A DNA stretch of 61,572 nt, filler included, from Candidatus Nezhaarchaeota archaeon WYZ-LMO8 (GCA_004347965.1; 16 parts of 16 records of this genome joined end to end with filler, not necessarily neighbours in it), one strand, 5' to 3'. Shown: positions 9,480 to 21,154, counted from the first letter of the whole stretch. The notes: generated by a model from the sequence alone, not told the origin. Numbers and translations: made by a program.

Positions 9480-10308
9480 ATTCAAGATTAAATATTATGG
9501 CGTTCCTCCTCTTAAGCTCATCATAGTGTCTTTGAACGAATCTCTTCGAGCCTCTCATATGCTCCTCTCCTGCAAAGATAACGATCCACACTTCGGTGTT
9601 CTCAGGTCTATCTTGATTAATGAGTCTCCCTGCCTCTATAATAGCTGCAACACCAGCTAAATCATCGTTTGCACCAAGGACACCTCTATTCGACCTCAAG
9701 GTGAAGGCTATGGTCAGAACTATTGCGAGACCTACAAGTAAAAGCGGTTTTTGGGCAAGACTTACTTCTTGAATTTTGAGAAGGCCTTCAATCAGTAAGA
9801 GAGTTATTGCTGCAAAGGATATAGCTATTGCGAGTGATACCACGTAAATGGATCTTGTCCTCAATCTTCCAAGTAGTGGAAATTCATATGCAGAGTCGTA
9901 GTGGGCTGAGATAATTACAAGTTTCTTCGCTTCTCTCTTTGGCTTGATTTTACCGATGACATGGAACTCTTTAACTCTTGGGAAAAAGATGTCTATCACT
10001 TCGTAGTGTAGACATTGTTGAAGGAAGAATATTAGGAGAGCTAATGCTATTGATATGGCAGTTATTAAAGGATAACCTAGAAAGTATAAGGCTACGCCAA
10101 TAAGGTAGAAGGCAGTTGTGAACCATATGTAATCCAAGAAGGCACGTGGTCTTGATTCAAAGTACTCTTTTTCAACTTCGTCGCAGAATGACGTTAACTC
10201 CTTGTATATCATTTCTCCAGCTTTATTCTCACCTTCACTTCCAGCAAGTCTTGGACCACATTCCTCACATACTCTCTTAACAAAATCTACGGCTCTTCTC
10301 TTCTCCAC
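9480..10308 (-). CDS. Membrane M28-family metallopeptidase (3' truncated)
   Basis: GPRLAGSEGE, SAHYDS, GANDDLAGV and GEE motifs, with transmembrane insertions. Confidence 0.85.
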
Positions 10309-10425
10309 GAAGATATGTAAGGAATAGCAGTATTTATAATCATTGAGTTCAAGATGTGGGGTGTGGGACTATGAAAGGTGTAATGTTCATCTTTAGCTTG
10401 CAGTCTTAATCTCAAGCAACGGGCT

Positions 10426-11472
10426 TTACAAGAAGTACTTCTTCATTTCAATTGCGTAGTCTTCAGGAGACTCGACTACTTCACTTTCATGGAGTAGTGT
10501 TGCTAATGCCCAGAAATCGCTTAGAAATGGCTTATTTAAGCCGAATCTAGCGCATATCCTTATTTGTGGATGGAAGGAGCAATGCGCGTCCTTAAAGGGT
10601 GGAAGGAGCAATGCGAGGTTTATGCATATGATTCCTCTGTCTTCATAAAACTCTAAGATTTTAGAAAGACCATGAGCTAATTCTCTTATATGGTCAGGCC
10701 CTATGCTTGATGGTGTAAGAGGTTCTTTGAATAGCCCCCATACTTCGAGGAACCTTAGTGGAGCGAAGGGGGCTAACCACACCCAATATTTTCCCTCAGC
10801 TATGAAACGTTCTCCAACTTTCTTCTCGTAGCTAATGAGGTCAATCCAGTAGTTCCTTGATGTCTGCACGTAGTACTCATAACTTCTTGAGAGGAGGAGA
10901 CGTTGATAGTTGAAGGGGGTGTTTGAAGCTAGTGCTTGCATGTGTGGGTGAATGATGCTTGATCCTGCAGACGGTAAGTAGTTCATAATTATTGTACCAT
11001 AAGATAGTTCCAGGTTGGCTTTGTAAGCTGCTCTCAATGCTTCAAACCCAGCTCGAAAGCCTTCTGCTAGTGTGTTAGCTCCTAGCTCCTTGGGGTAGGC
11101 AAGGTGCTTATAGCCTAGCACTATTACAGCGTTAAAGTCCGCGTGCGCATGAAGACTTGGAAATGCTATACAACTACCGATCTTAATTCTTCCCTCTGGA
11201 ACTACGTTTTCTGGAAACTTAGAAGTTAAGGACTCTATTCTTTCAGGGCAGAAGGGACAGGTTGGTTTAGTTACTTCGGCAAGCTCTTCAAGAAGATGCT
11301 TGTCTGTTTTAAAGTATTTCTCAATGTATTGAAGTCTCCCCCTAGCTATGATGGTTGAGAGTCCAGTTAAGGGATCAAACCTTCGCTCAAGTACTTGCTC
11401 TTCCAACTCAAATTTGCGCATAGGATTAAGCAAGTAAGCTTTCCTAATCTCTCTTCGAAGCTTTAGCTCCAT
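10426..11472 (-). CDS. Galactose-1-phosphate uridylyltransferase-like (GalT/HIT) protein
   Basis: RFDPLTG, CPFCP and AGSSIIHPHMQ motifs. Confidence 0.85.
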   Translation of the reverse strand: MELKLRREIRKAYLLNPMRKFELEEQVLERRFDPLTGLSTIIARGRLQYIEKYFKTDKHLLEELAEVTKPTCPFCPERIESLTSKFPENVVPEGRIKIGSCIAFPSLHAHADFNAVIVLGYKHLAYPKELGANTLAEGFRAGFEALRAAYKANLELSYGTIIMNYLPSAGSSIIHPHMQALASNTPFNYQRLLLSRSYEYYVQTSRNYWIDLISYEKKVGERFIAEGKYWVWLAPFAPLRFLEVWGLFKEPLTPSSIGPDHIRELAHGLSKILEFYEDRGIICINLALLLPPFKDAHCSFHPQIRICARFGLNKPFLSDFWALATLLHESEVVESPEDYAIEMKKYFL

Positions 11473-11646
11473 GAGGGGCCCAAAATAGATTCTAGAACTT
11501 TAGAGCCTTATATGCAGTATTATTACCATTAAAGAGGCTCAACCATTCTGTTAGAGAATTTGTTAACATATACGCGGACAATACCATTTGCAAGCTCAAC
11601 TTCCCGACTACGTAATGAAGAGGAAGGTGGGCAAAGAAGATTGAAG

Positions 11647-13440
11647 TTACGTCTCTAATTCTAGCTCTCTTAGCTTTTCTTGGCTTGGAACTCCATTAGG
11701 CCATTTTCTATATTCGTAATATTCTTGAACTTGTTTCTTCACGTCGGGCACGTTCCCAGCACTTCCACCTTCTACAGGCTGTAGTATGACTTGTGGAAGT
11801 ACGTCATCTGTCTCAGGTTTTAGCCCGCATTTGAGGTTATATAGTCTCTTGAGGGTAATGATCCTTTCACCAGTTTTTGCTAAAATGTCGACGTCAAACT
11901 CAAAGCCTGTTGCATATCTAAGCATGTCAGCGAGCATGGTTGGAGTTATGGGCATGAAGGCACACATTGTTATGTCATTGAATAGCTCAGTAAAGCTTTG
12001 AACTTTAGCAAATAGCACACCTTTTCCTTCACTTGAAAGTCTATCGGTTGACATTACATTGTACTCCTCAAGAACCTTGCCCATCTCGTAGAGGTACATT
12101 TGATGTGGTAGGTGGCATGCCCCCCTTGGGTGAACTGCATAGGCGCAAGCAAGCGAGGCGAAAGCTCTAGGATCATGCATTGGTATCTCGAGACCCTTAA
12201 CATGTGCTCCCCAACCCTTAACGCCATACTTCTCCTCTAGGAATCGAGTACCTTCAGCTAGCTCTGCACCAATACCCCTCCTGAAAGTTATTTCTCTCAA
12301 AAGCTCTTTCACTCTCTCAGCATCCCCCCACTTGACGTTGAATTCCCCTATGCCTTTATCAGTCATCCACATAGCGAACGCTATTGTAACTCCAGCTGAA
12401 ATGGTGTCCATTCCAAGATCGTTGCATAGATAGTTTATTTCTACCAGTGATTCGAGGTTATCATTCAATTGAAGCGAGCCAAATGAAGCTACGGTCTCGT
12501 ATTCGGGGCCATGTATCTTTCTTCCCTTAAGTTCAACTACTCTACCGCACCTGACGATGCAGCCTAAGCAGCCATCATTGCCTCTCAATAGCGTGTTAGC
12601 CATCGCAACACCAGATATCTCAGATGCAGCTTCAAATGTTCCTTTTGAGAAGTATTTTACTGGAAGATCTCCGAAGACCTCAGCTGTCTCGACATACCCT
12701 GAGGTGCCTAACTCTCTAAACATGTTGCAAATCATGTTACTGTTTATAGTTTCTACAAAAGAAGAGACTGTTTCCTTAAACTTCTCACTATCAGCAAGTT
12801 TGATCTCGAATCTTTCAGTAGGATCAAAGCAAACAGCGATGCCCTTCAGCTTCTTAGATCCCATTACAGCACCCATTCCAGTTCTCCCGGCATGTCTCGA
12901 ATTGTCTACATGGATACAAGCATACTTCACTAAGTTTTCTCCTGCTGGACCTATGACTGCGGTGGCAACCTTCTTCTCACCTAGCTCCTTGACCATAGCC
13001 TCTTGAGCTTCATAGCATCCCTTCCCCCAGATGCCGCTCGCATCCCTAATCTCTGCACCGTTCTCGTCTATCTTTAGGTAAACCGGCTTCTCGCTCTTCC
13101 CTTCAACTATGATGCCATCCCAACCACAGTACTTAAGATAGACGGGAGTATTTCCTCCAGAAGCTGATTCTCCCCACATTCCAGTTAGTGGGCTTCGGGC
13201 ACAGAATATCACTTTGCTTGTTCCTGGGGCAGGGGTTGCTGTAAGAGGGCCAGTCATGATTACCATGGGGTTTTCCGCTGATAGAGGATCATTTTGGTAC
13301 GTCTTTAGATTATAGTGAATCCTTACTCCTATCCCTGAACCACCGATGAATAGCTTTGCTTCCTTCTCGTCTAACGACAAAACAGAGGTGCTCTTATCGG
13401 ATAGGTTAACTCTTAAGATCTTTCCACAGTATCCAAACAT
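11647..13440 (-). CDS. aor: Aldehyde:ferredoxin oxidoreductase (W/Mo-pterin)
   Basis: RSPLTG, IGPAGEN, AGRTGMGAVMGSK, CLGCIVRC, GPEYET, GMDTIS and RGACH motifs. Confidence 0.93.
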   Translation of the reverse strand: MFGYCGKILRVNLSDKSTSVLSLDEKEAKLFIGGSGIGVRIHYNLKTYQNDPLSAENPMVIMTGPLTATPAPGTSKVIFCARSPLTGMWGESASGGNTPVYLKYCGWDGIIVEGKSEKPVYLKIDENGAEIRDASGIWGKGCYEAQEAMVKELGEKKVATAVIGPAGENLVKYACIHVDNSRHAGRTGMGAVMGSKKLKGIAVCFDPTERFEIKLADSEKFKETVSSFVETINSNMICNMFRELGTSGYVETAEVFGDLPVKYFSKGTFEAASEISGVAMANTLLRGNDGCLGCIVRCGRVVELKGRKIHGPEYETVASFGSLQLNDNLESLVEINYLCNDLGMDTISAGVTIAFAMWMTDKGIGEFNVKWGDAERVKELLREITFRRGIGAELAEGTRFLEEKYGVKGWGAHVKGLEIPMHDPRAFASLACAYAVHPRGACHLPHQMYLYEMGKVLEEYNVMSTDRLSSEGKGVLFAKVQSFTELFNDITMCAFMPITPTMLADMLRYATGFEFDVDILAKTGERIITLKRLYNLKCGLKPETDDVLPQVILQPVEGGSAGNVPDVKKQVQEYYEYRKWPNGVPSQEKLRELELET

Positions 13441-13453
13441 ATCTTCTACACCG

Positions 13454-13721
13454 CTAGAAGTCTATTCTCCTTCCTTCAAAGGCATACTCGTAGATCCTCT
13501 TGGTTTGTTCGTAGTCTGGAATTCTCGGACTCATACCGAAACTCGCATCGTTCATCGCGTCCATAACTAATCTTTCAAGGCTCCCTTCAAAATCTTCTTT
13601 GGTAATTATTTCTGAGAGCTTCGTGGGTATATTCACGTTCTGCATTAAGCTTATGATCCTCTCTATGAGCATCTCAGAATCAGCTAAACCAACCTTCCTA
13701 GCTAAAACATCCATCCTAGCC
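13454..13721 (-). CDS. Iron-containing alcohol dehydrogenase, C-terminal fragment
   Basis: IPTKLSE...AMND...SPR...IYEYAF resembles an Fe-ADH C-terminus; directly upstream of aor. Confidence 0.65.
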
Positions 13722-13821
13722 NNNNNNNNNNNNNNNNNNNNNNNNNNNNNNNNNNNNNNNNNNNNTTAATTAATTAANNNNNNNNNNNNNNNNNNNNNNN
13801 NNNNNNNNNNNNNNNNNNNNN

Positions 13822-15015
13822 GTATATAGCTAAACCCAGCGGTAGCTCAACATCTTCATTGCTGTATGGGCCCCACTCCTGACCCAAGAAAGTTATCTTC
13901 GGCATATTTAAAACTCTAACCTTAACACTATCTTTATTAAACGCTACAGCATGGCTGTATGGGTCAAAGGTCTCAACATCTCTTAGTTCAATCTTCATAA
14001 CTATTAGCCCTGTTCCTCCATGGAGCGTTCCAGGTAACCTTATCAACCTCTTGATATCGGTGGTCACTCTTTCATCTACTTCACAGCGCTTATACTCTAT
14101 GGCTTTTTCAACAGCTTTAAGCCAAATTTTGCTAGCTATACTACTTAAAGTTGAGCGGTCTCGACCTTCTTCAAGCATCTTAATTATTTTCTTTACACCC
14201 TCCTCTATTTGAGGGCTTTTCTTAAGGCCAAGTAGTCCTATCAGATTGTCCATGTCATTTGAGTTGAATAGTTCATAGACTCCTTTAGCAATTCTTCCAT
14301 GCCACCCACCTGCATTTAATGCGGGTAATAGGACCTTCCTTTTTTTATTGGGCATAGCTAACCCAATACCCTTCACGTAGTCAACGATCTCTCTCCTAGC
14401 TCTTTGATCCAAGCTTTTCACAACGTCGTTCTCCACGTGCACATGAAAGCCCCTTCTCCCAGAGAACACGATTGACACTTCTTTAGGTGAGAACCCAAAG
14501 TCTTGGACCAAGTATTCTTCAACAAGTTTCATGGTTTCTTCCTTGGCCACCTCAAGGCATTTACCACAGAACCATGCTTTGACTTCTATCCTCTTACTCG
14601 AACACTTGGGACATACCTCAGGAAGCACGCCTTTACCAACGATGCCGCAGTCCAGACACACCCATTTATCGTGCTCTTCCTTACAAGGAGTGTATATGTG
14701 ATCCACATCTATGTCAAATATTAGGTCAGCACCAATCCATACCTTGGCGTCCATATCTGGAGCTGATGGTTGAAGGTAGTAAGCTGATGAATAAAATACG
14801 TGTAGTGGAGCGTTCTTACGTAGAAACTCTCTCACCTCATTCCATGAATCAAAGGCCTTGTGCCTTATCATATCGCTCTTTCTTGAAACGATGAAAGCAT
14901 ACTCCCTCATATTATAATCTTTGGGAGGCTCACCATCCCACTTAGAGTAATACTTTTTAAACATCCTTCTTACAAAAACCTCATTACTGTCTTCGTTATC
15001 TGATCTCTCTCTCAT
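13822..15015 (-). CDS. priS: DNA primase small (catalytic) subunit (3' truncated)
   Basis: REYAF, DLIFDIDVD, FSGRRGFH and VTTDIKRLIRLPGTLH motifs. Confidence 0.95.
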
Positions 15016-15019
15016 GTCA

Positions 15020-16039
15020 TCACCTCCTAAGAATCCTAAGCTTTTTGTTGTAGTAGATCAATGGATGCTTGACTTTATGACATAACTCATCTGGTAAGCA
15101 TAGGTTGAAGGTTCTTAGCGTCGCACAGCTAGGTGGAATGTACTTCGTCCTTGAGCCTATTTCACCTGCTACATGTCTCAGATGATATAATGTCTTGTTT
15201 TCATCAAAATCTGGCATCTTACGAAAGATATCAAGTAATTCTTCAGGTCTCTTTCCTATTGATATTAAAAATGTCGCAAGAGTGAAACGAGCCATGTGAG
15301 GTAAGTTCTTGCCTCGATCAGCATCTTCAAGCAACCTTAAAATGCATGGAGGAAACGCTGCAGGATCGTATTCACCACTAATGTCAGTTATGCTGACATC
15401 AACTTTAGGTAGAGTAGCTTGTACCTCCTTATTAAGTTCTTCAACAATACCTTCAACACGTTCAGGAACTTGGGTAACCTCTTCTTGGCTGGCCTTCTCT
15501 AAAATTCTTGTTTTGTAGGCCTCGGCCATGAGCCTTGAAAAATCTCTTCTCGACAGCTCAACATAACCATTTACAAGCCTTCTATTAACAAGCTTCCAGT
15601 AAGAATCTATAATGTTTATAGAGGCTTTAAGGTAATCGTCAAACCTAATGAAAAATATATCGTTTTCTCGCCTTACGTGCCAGTTAAATCCATCAATTGC
15701 TAGCGCCAAAAGCTTCTCGTAATCTTCACTGAAGAGATTCAAAAGAACCCTATTCTTTTCAGCTTCAGCATATATGTGGAGCAACCTTAGGTTCTTCATA
15801 CTCTTTAAGAGTAATATGGCAACAGGGTGGGACAGTATCTCTACATCTAAGTCTGCTTTGTAAACTGACGTTACTCGAGAATATATAGCCTCTTTGATCC
15901 TCTCAACACTTCTTTTAAGGACTTCTGAGCCAGGAGATAAGATGGTATTTAATCCTAAATTTTCCTCCAGCTCTTTAACTATCTGTGAAGCTAAGTTTAT
16001 GAAGGGGTATATGGCGGCATCCAACTTAGAAAAAATCAT
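15020..16039 (-). CDS. priL: DNA primase large subunit
   Basis: FPPCI, LPHMARF, PDFDE, YIPPSC..L...NLC and KHPL motifs. Confidence 0.93.
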   Translation of the reverse strand: MIFSKLDAAIYPFINLASQIVKELEENLGLNTILSPGSEVLKRSVERIKEAIYSRVTSVYKADLDVEILSHPVAILLLKSMKNLRLLHIYAEAEKNRVLLNLFSEDYEKLLALAIDGFNWHVRRENDIFFIRFDDYLKASINIIDSYWKLVNRRLVNGYVELSRRDFSRLMAEAYKTRILEKASQEEVTQVPERVEGIVEELNKEVQATLPKVDVSITDISGEYDPAAFPPCILRLLEDADRGKNLPHMARFTLATFLISIGKRPEELLDIFRKMPDFDENKTLYHLRHVAGEIGSRTKYIPPSCATLRTFNLCLPDELCHKVKHPLIYYNKKLRILRR

Positions 16040-16048
16040 AGCTTCTCA

Positions 16049-16798
16049 TTACTCTTCTAATCTAGGAGCTAGATAGTACCTTATGGTTCCTCCACCTGGA
16101 ATTGGAAACGTTAAACTTAGAGGCATACCACTTGAAAATTCCAAGGTTACCACTTCAGCTGCCTTATTCGCCGTAATCATGTCCATTAAGTACTCCAAGC
16201 TATATGAAGCTATAGCCTCCTCTTTCACTTCTAGCTCTAATAATGCTCCGGTTTCAGTTGTTAGCGTAGTTTCCACTTCACCCCTATCACTTTGTCCTTT
16301 AACCACAATTGCATTGCTTCGTCCCTCTAATTTAACATAATCGCTTACCAACTCCACATCCTTTAAAGCCTCCTCAAATATATCGGCCATAGCTGTAGCT
16401 TTAACGTTGAATGAAAGCGATGGTGTAGGTAGCTCCTCGTACTCTATGTCTATTAAAGGGATTGAGAAGCTCCTTGTAGCTTTGCCTTTAAAAATTATCT
16501 TAAGTCTAGCACTACCGGGTGGTACTTCAAGTTGCACTTTCTCCTTAGCGCTTCCCCTCTTAACTACCTTCTTTACTTCATCGAAGTTTAAGCCTAGCAT
16601 CACCTCTCCGTCGCACTCATACTCGTCGAAGGCATCTCTAGGCATCTCGAAGTCTATCATAGCGATCTTGGATGGATCCATAGCCCTCAGCCTAACTCCC
16701 TCCTCGCTTGCTTTTATGGTGCCCTCGTCGATTAATGAGGCTAAGGCATCAACTATTCTATACCATAAACGCGCATCTCTAAACACTGCCTTAAACAT
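16049..16798 (-). CDS. pcn: PCNA sliding clamp
   Basis: RAMDPSKIAMI and C-terminal YYLAPR. Confidence 0.95.
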   Translation of the reverse strand: MFKAVFRDARLWYRIVDALASLIDEGTIKASEEGVRLRAMDPSKIAMIDFEMPRDAFDEYECDGEVMLGLNFDEVKKVVKRGSAKEKVQLEVPPGSARLKIIFKGKATRSFSIPLIDIEYEELPTPSLSFNVKATAMADIFEEALKDVELVSDYVKLEGRSNAIVVKGQSDRGEVETTLTTETGALLELEVKEEAIASYSLEYLMDMITANKAAEVVTLEFSSGMPLSLTFPIPGGGTIRYYLAPRLEE

Positions 16799-16864
16799 AA
16801 ACAGGTCCTCCAACTAGAGATTATGCTAGTTTCAGTATATAGCCTTACATAATGTCTCTCTTCA

Positions 16865-17203
16865 TCATTGATATTCTCTCCAGGTTCTTCCGCACTTCAC
16901 GCAACGATAAAATCTAGTCATGCCCTCATCACCCCTACGCGTCTGAACCATCCAATAGTAAGCTTCATTGTAGCCACACTCAGGACATGTGGCTGCTATC
17001 TTTGGCATCGCCTTGTATGAACTTCCTTCCTCAATCACGACAACCTTCTCTTTTTGCGTGTGGGCTATCTGCTCCTTCTTCACGACCTTTACACTTTCCT
17101 CGAAATAACCGCAGCGCTTACATATCCACAACGACTTCTCACTGCTCTTCTTTAAGGTCATTAGCGTACCACACTTTGGACATAAAGGTAGCAGAGAACT
17201 CAC
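16865..17203 (-). CDS. tfs: Transcription factor S (TFS/RpoM)
   Basis: CPKC..CKRC and CPEC..QTRRGDE..CVKC zinc ribbons; probable GTG start at 17203. Confidence 0.92.
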   Translation of the reverse strand: MSSLLPLCPKCGTLMTLKKSSEKSLWICKRCGYFEESVKVVKKEQIAHTQKEKVVVIEEGSSYKAMPKIAATCPECGYNEAYYWMVQTRRGDEGMTRFYRCVKCGRTWREYQ

Positions 17204-17208
17204 CTCAC

Positions 17209-17631
17209 TTAGTTTTTCTGAATCACTTTTCGTACTTCGTAAAAAATCTTCCTTGCAACCCTTAAAGCTTCTAAAAGATTGATTTGAGAGCATGTGTTCT
17301 CGTATTTTTTACATTCTCGAGATCGCTCATAATCCTCATCTTTTACAATTATCACATCGACTCTACCTTCCATCGACTTCAAAACTGACAGCGTCCTCTC
17401 AGGATCATCATAGCTCTTTAACAATCCTTCATCAACTAGGATTGTCCTAGCCTGGTTTAAGTACTTCGATCTTAAAGTTTCTTCTATGGAGGATTCGCAT
17501 CTTAAAACTTTTACGTCCACACTTTCAAACCACAGCTTCCCTCTGTAGAGAACGCTTACCACGATCTCCTTATCTCCGGTTATTGCTAAGACCCTTCGCT
17601 CTCTTTTCATCGAAGAATACCTTCTGATCAT
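17209..17631 (-). CDS. Hypothetical protein, possibly a divergent DUF99-like protein
   Basis: Position upstream of tfs-pcn; N-terminal RVLAI..VVSVLYRG loosely resembles DUF99. Confidence 0.4.
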   Translation of the reverse strand: MIRRYSSMKRERRVLAITGDKEIVVSVLYRGKLWFESVDVKVLRCESSIEETLRSKYLNQARTILVDEGLLKSYDDPERTLSVLKSMEGRVDVIIVKDEDYERSRECKKYENTCSQINLLEALRVARKIFYEVRKVIQKN

Positions 17632-17783
17632 CTACTTCATGGCTGATTTAATCATTGCCTTAAAGTCTTCCAGCGCACTAATANNNNNNNNNNNNNNNNN
17701 NNNNNNNNNNNNNNNNNNNNNNNNNNNTTAATTAATTAANNNNNNNNNNNNNNNNNNNNNNNNNNNNNNNNNNNNNNNNNNNN

Positions 17784-18105
17784 AACCACAATAATCTTCA
17801 GCTTAACACTTATAGGCATTGGGTTAGCACTATTCGTCTCGCCCAACACCAAGGTCATAATGAGCTCCACTCCAAGCAAATTCTATGGTGTTGCCTCTGC
17901 AATGACAGCAACGATGAGGAATCTAGGTCAAGCCATAAGCATGTCCATAATCACACTACTAATGACACTGTTCCTAGGTAAAGGCACAATCATAGAGTCC
18001 TCAACCTACAACCTATTCGTTAATTGCTCTCAACTAGCATTTCAAGTGTTTTCAGCACTATGTGTTGTAGGCATGCTCCTCTCCATCACTAGAGGAAAAT
18101 CTTGA
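17784..18105 (+). CDS. MFS (DHA2-like) transporter, C-terminal fragment
   Basis: GIGLALFVSPNT...GVASAMTATMRNLGQ; open from the contig start. Confidence 0.8.
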
Positions 18106-18635
18106 AGGCCCTTTAAGCATGTGCATTACCTAGACCTAGTTCAACAATAAAAATATTGGAAGACGAAGAAGAGGGCGTGAAAGAGGTGAACAATCACATA
18201 ATCATAGCAACAATACTTCATTTCAAGTTAATAGTGACAACATTTAATTGCAAGCTGGGAGAAAAGCCATAATCAAGGGGTTTAAAGTGACTCCTTAATG
18301 TAAAAGCTCGACTCCACAGTCCGCCATGAACTTCTAGTTGAGGTTAAGAACTAAACATTGCTTCTAAGAGTCTGAGAGATTTTAACTTAGAAATTTGATG
18401 ACCTAGCCCTAAAATAAACATGACAACCTAAAAAGATTGCTAGCTCTCAAACTATCCCTTCATCCTTATAACATTTAATGGCGGCTTCAACATGGTTCAC
18501 GTTACAAGCTCTTATTTGAACTTAAGCTTAAGGTGGAAAAAAGTCTATATCTTTAAATATTCTTAAATAATAGATGTATTCATGAATAAGGGAAGGGTAT
18601 TACCCAAGCCTTAAATCTGCAGGGGGAGAAAATAA

Positions 18636-19055
18636 TTGGAGAGGAGACTTTTGGTGTTAAGAACTATGTCTCCTAATACATCATCCTCAGATATTTCTAG
18701 CACGAGTAATGCTGAAATCCTCCGTGAATTGTTTAGGAAGATCCTCCATTCATTATTAGGTGAAAGTGCAGGAGAGACTGTGCTATTACTTTTAGAGAAA
18801 AACCTTCAGCAAGATCTGGGTAGAACTTTATGGGAGGACCCTAGAAGGATTTACTATGAATTGTTTAAGATATTCGGTGAAGGCACGAAAGTTTTGATTA
18901 ATATCATGATCTCCAGAATAAACCAAGAATTTAAGTTGAATATAGAGTCCGAGAAGATTATGAAGCTTGCGTGTAGTAAGGATCAGAGCAGCGCAGAAGA
19001 ACTACGCTCGATCATGAGGTTAATAGTTAAGCTTTATAGGGATTTCATGAACTGA
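18636..19055 (+). CDS. Small helical hypothetical protein (DUF3227/NitrOD-like)
   Basis: LLGES...WEDP...LFKIFGEG pattern; family assignment is tentative. Confidence 0.55.
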   Translation: MERRLLVLRTMSPNTSSSDISSTSNAEILRELFRKILHSLLGESAGETVLLLLEKNLQQDLGRTLWEDPRRIYYELFKIFGEGTKVLINIMISRINQEFKLNIESEKIMKLACSKDQSSAEELRSIMRLIVKLYRDFMN

Positions 19056-19537
19056 AGACAACGAACAAGCGCCAATGAACTTAAATAAAAGAAATAACTT
19101 TAATCCTAATAATTTATTGCATTTTAGAGGATCTTAATACGCTGAAAGAAAAGACGCTTAAACATTCAAGTACAGATTGTGAAGGTGTTTTACGTGCATT
19201 ACACTGTTGGTAGTCGCATTAAGTTTCTACAGCTTATCTTTCTCAATGAAGTAGAGCACCATGGCTATAACAGCACTAGTGGCAAGCATCATAACCGTCA
19301 CCATCCGATTGCGCTGTGGAGTAAGTAAAGGCATCGTGGTCTCTCGAGCCTTTCTTGACCCTCTCACAAGCCATTTACGAGCTCATGCAAACCTCTAGAT
19401 AACAATACCTCGACCTTTGTGCTACAATAAAGGCAACTTAGTTGCGGAAATGTGCAAGATGCTAATCCATCCCTCATCACCACACACTAGGCAATTCTAA
19501 TGCTGACCTTAGAGTTTGGCAACCTTAAAATTGACGG

Positions 19538-21154
19538 CTAACCAGATCTTGAGCTTACAAGCTTTAGTACCATATCTTCATACTTGGAAATCACCTTAAC
19601 TATTGGAGCTAAAACTGTTATCGTTGAGAATATGCGAGTTAAGCCATCCAGCTCCCTCTTAGTTAGTACTTGAAGGAGTGGGGCTATCGTTAGGTACGCT
19701 ATTAAGTAGATTAGTGCGCTAAACACTAAGTTAGCAATGCTTGGTAGAAGCTGGTGTAGTGAGAACGGCATGATGATGATCGAGGCTAGTAATGATGCTA
19801 GGTAGATCTTAGCTGAAGCATTCAAGTCCGGCATTAACTTATACCTTCTAACAGCTATCACTAGACTGTAAATGGTTGAAGCTGTTGCAGCCACTATAAT
19901 CGCCATCAGCATCCCCTCAACTTTAAAGGTGAAGGTTAATGGAGCAGATAAGGAAGCGAAAACGATCGTGTAGAGCACTGCTGCCTTAAAGTTTATGCTT
20001 GATGCCCCTATACCGCTGAAGAAGCTTCCTAGAACGGTTGAGCCTAATCCAGCGAGGAGGTAAGTTACGGAGTATATGGTTAAGTATAAGGGGGCATGAA
20101 CGTAGCTCTCACCATAAAGCAGGAATACGAGGTCCCTAGACATGAAGGCAACGAACATGGCTGCTGGAATTATGAGAGCAGCGGTGTACTTGACTGAGAA
20201 GCTGAATAACGTCTTCACCTCACCTCCAAGGCCGAGCTTCGAGAATGCTGGGAAGAGCGACGTCGCTACGGGAGAGGAAATGAGGGTTATCGGTATGGTG
20301 GCGCTTAAAGCAGCTCTGAAGTTCCCGATGAGCTCGTTAGTAACTGAGTAGGCTAAGACGACCCCTTGTAGAGTTGAAGTGAGACCGTGTAGGATGCCTG
20401 AGAGGTAGAGAGGTAGGCCGTAGCCTATCATGTGTGGTAGAATGCTTTGAAAGTTATCTCCTTGAACTTCTCTTACCCCCACGCTCCCTTCTCTAATTCT
20501 CCTATAATGTCTGTAAAGAAGGATTAAGCTCGTGAGTGCTCCAATGGAGAAAGCTACGACGTAGCCAGTTATCGCACCGATAACACTGAAACCTAAGATC
20601 ACTAAGAGGGGGCTTAACAGAGCTCTAAGTGCTTGGCGAACAACATCTATAGCTGCGCAAGCACGCATATCCCTAAAGCCTAGGAGGGCATTGCTAGCAG
20701 CTGCTGAGATTGGTTGAACAAGTATTAATATCATGCACATCGCTGTTAGGTACGCTATCTCTGGTCTATTGGTCAGAGTTGTTGTAAGCTGCTCAACGAA
20801 CATGATGCCTGCGATGAAAATCGCGATCGATACTGTGAAGCTAAAAGGTAAGCCAACCTTAAGGACTCTCAAGACCATGCCACCTTCTCCTCTAGATTCA
20901 TGAAGAGCAACAAAGCGAGTTAAGGCAGGGCTTACACCGTAGTCTGTAAAGAGCATTAAGAAGCTTGGGGCGACAAAAGCTAGTGCATAGATACCGTAAA
21001 GCTCTGGACCTAAAAGGCGAGCTACTATCATGGCGCATATAGCTGATAGCAACGTTGCTAAGCCTCCACCCCAAAACAAGTGAAAGGTCCCGCTAGCAAC
21101 TTCCTCAGCAGTAAGTAATAGCCTCCTTTCCAGTGAAGCACTGTCCTGCGACAT
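19538..21154 (-). CDS. Wzx-like oligosaccharide flippase
   Basis: IVARLLGPELYGIY; SLFPAFS; about 14 TM segments; divergent from a GT2 gene. Confidence 0.88.
   Translation of the reverse strand: MSQDSASLERRLLLTAEEVASGTFHLFWGGGLATLLSAICAMIVARLLGPELYGIYALAFVAPSFLMLFTDYGVSPALTRFVALHESRGEGGMVLRVLKVGLPFSFTVSIAIFIAGIMFVEQLTTTLTNRPEIAYLTAMCMILILVQPISAAASNALLGFRDMRACAAIDVVRQALRALLSPLLVILGFSVIGAITGYVVAFSIGALTSLILLYRHYRRIREGSVGVREVQGDNFQSILPHMIGYGLPLYLSGILHGLTSTLQGVVLAYSVTNELIGNFRAALSATIPITLISSPVATSLFPAFSKLGLGGEVKTLFSFSVKYTAALIIPAAMFVAFMSRDLVFLLYGESYVHAPLYLTIYSVTYLLAGLGSTVLGSFFSGIGASSINFKAAVLYTIVFASLSAPLTFTFKVEGMLMAIIVAATASTIYSLVIAVRRYKLMPDLNASAKIYLASLLASIIIMPFSLHQLLPSIANLVFSALIYLIAYLTIAPLLQVLTKRELDGLTRIFSTITVLAPIVKVISKYEDMVLKLVSSRSG

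Noticed and set aside
17632..17683. Possible Rpo11 (RpoL) C-terminus at the contig end (ISALEDFKAMIKSAMK*)
   Set aside because: Plausible from gene order, but only 16 residues are visible.
18106..18635. Long AT-rich intergenic tracts (also 31070-31430 and 58870-59430) as ncRNA or replication origin
   Set aside because: No repeats, ORB-like boxes or stable structures that I could support.
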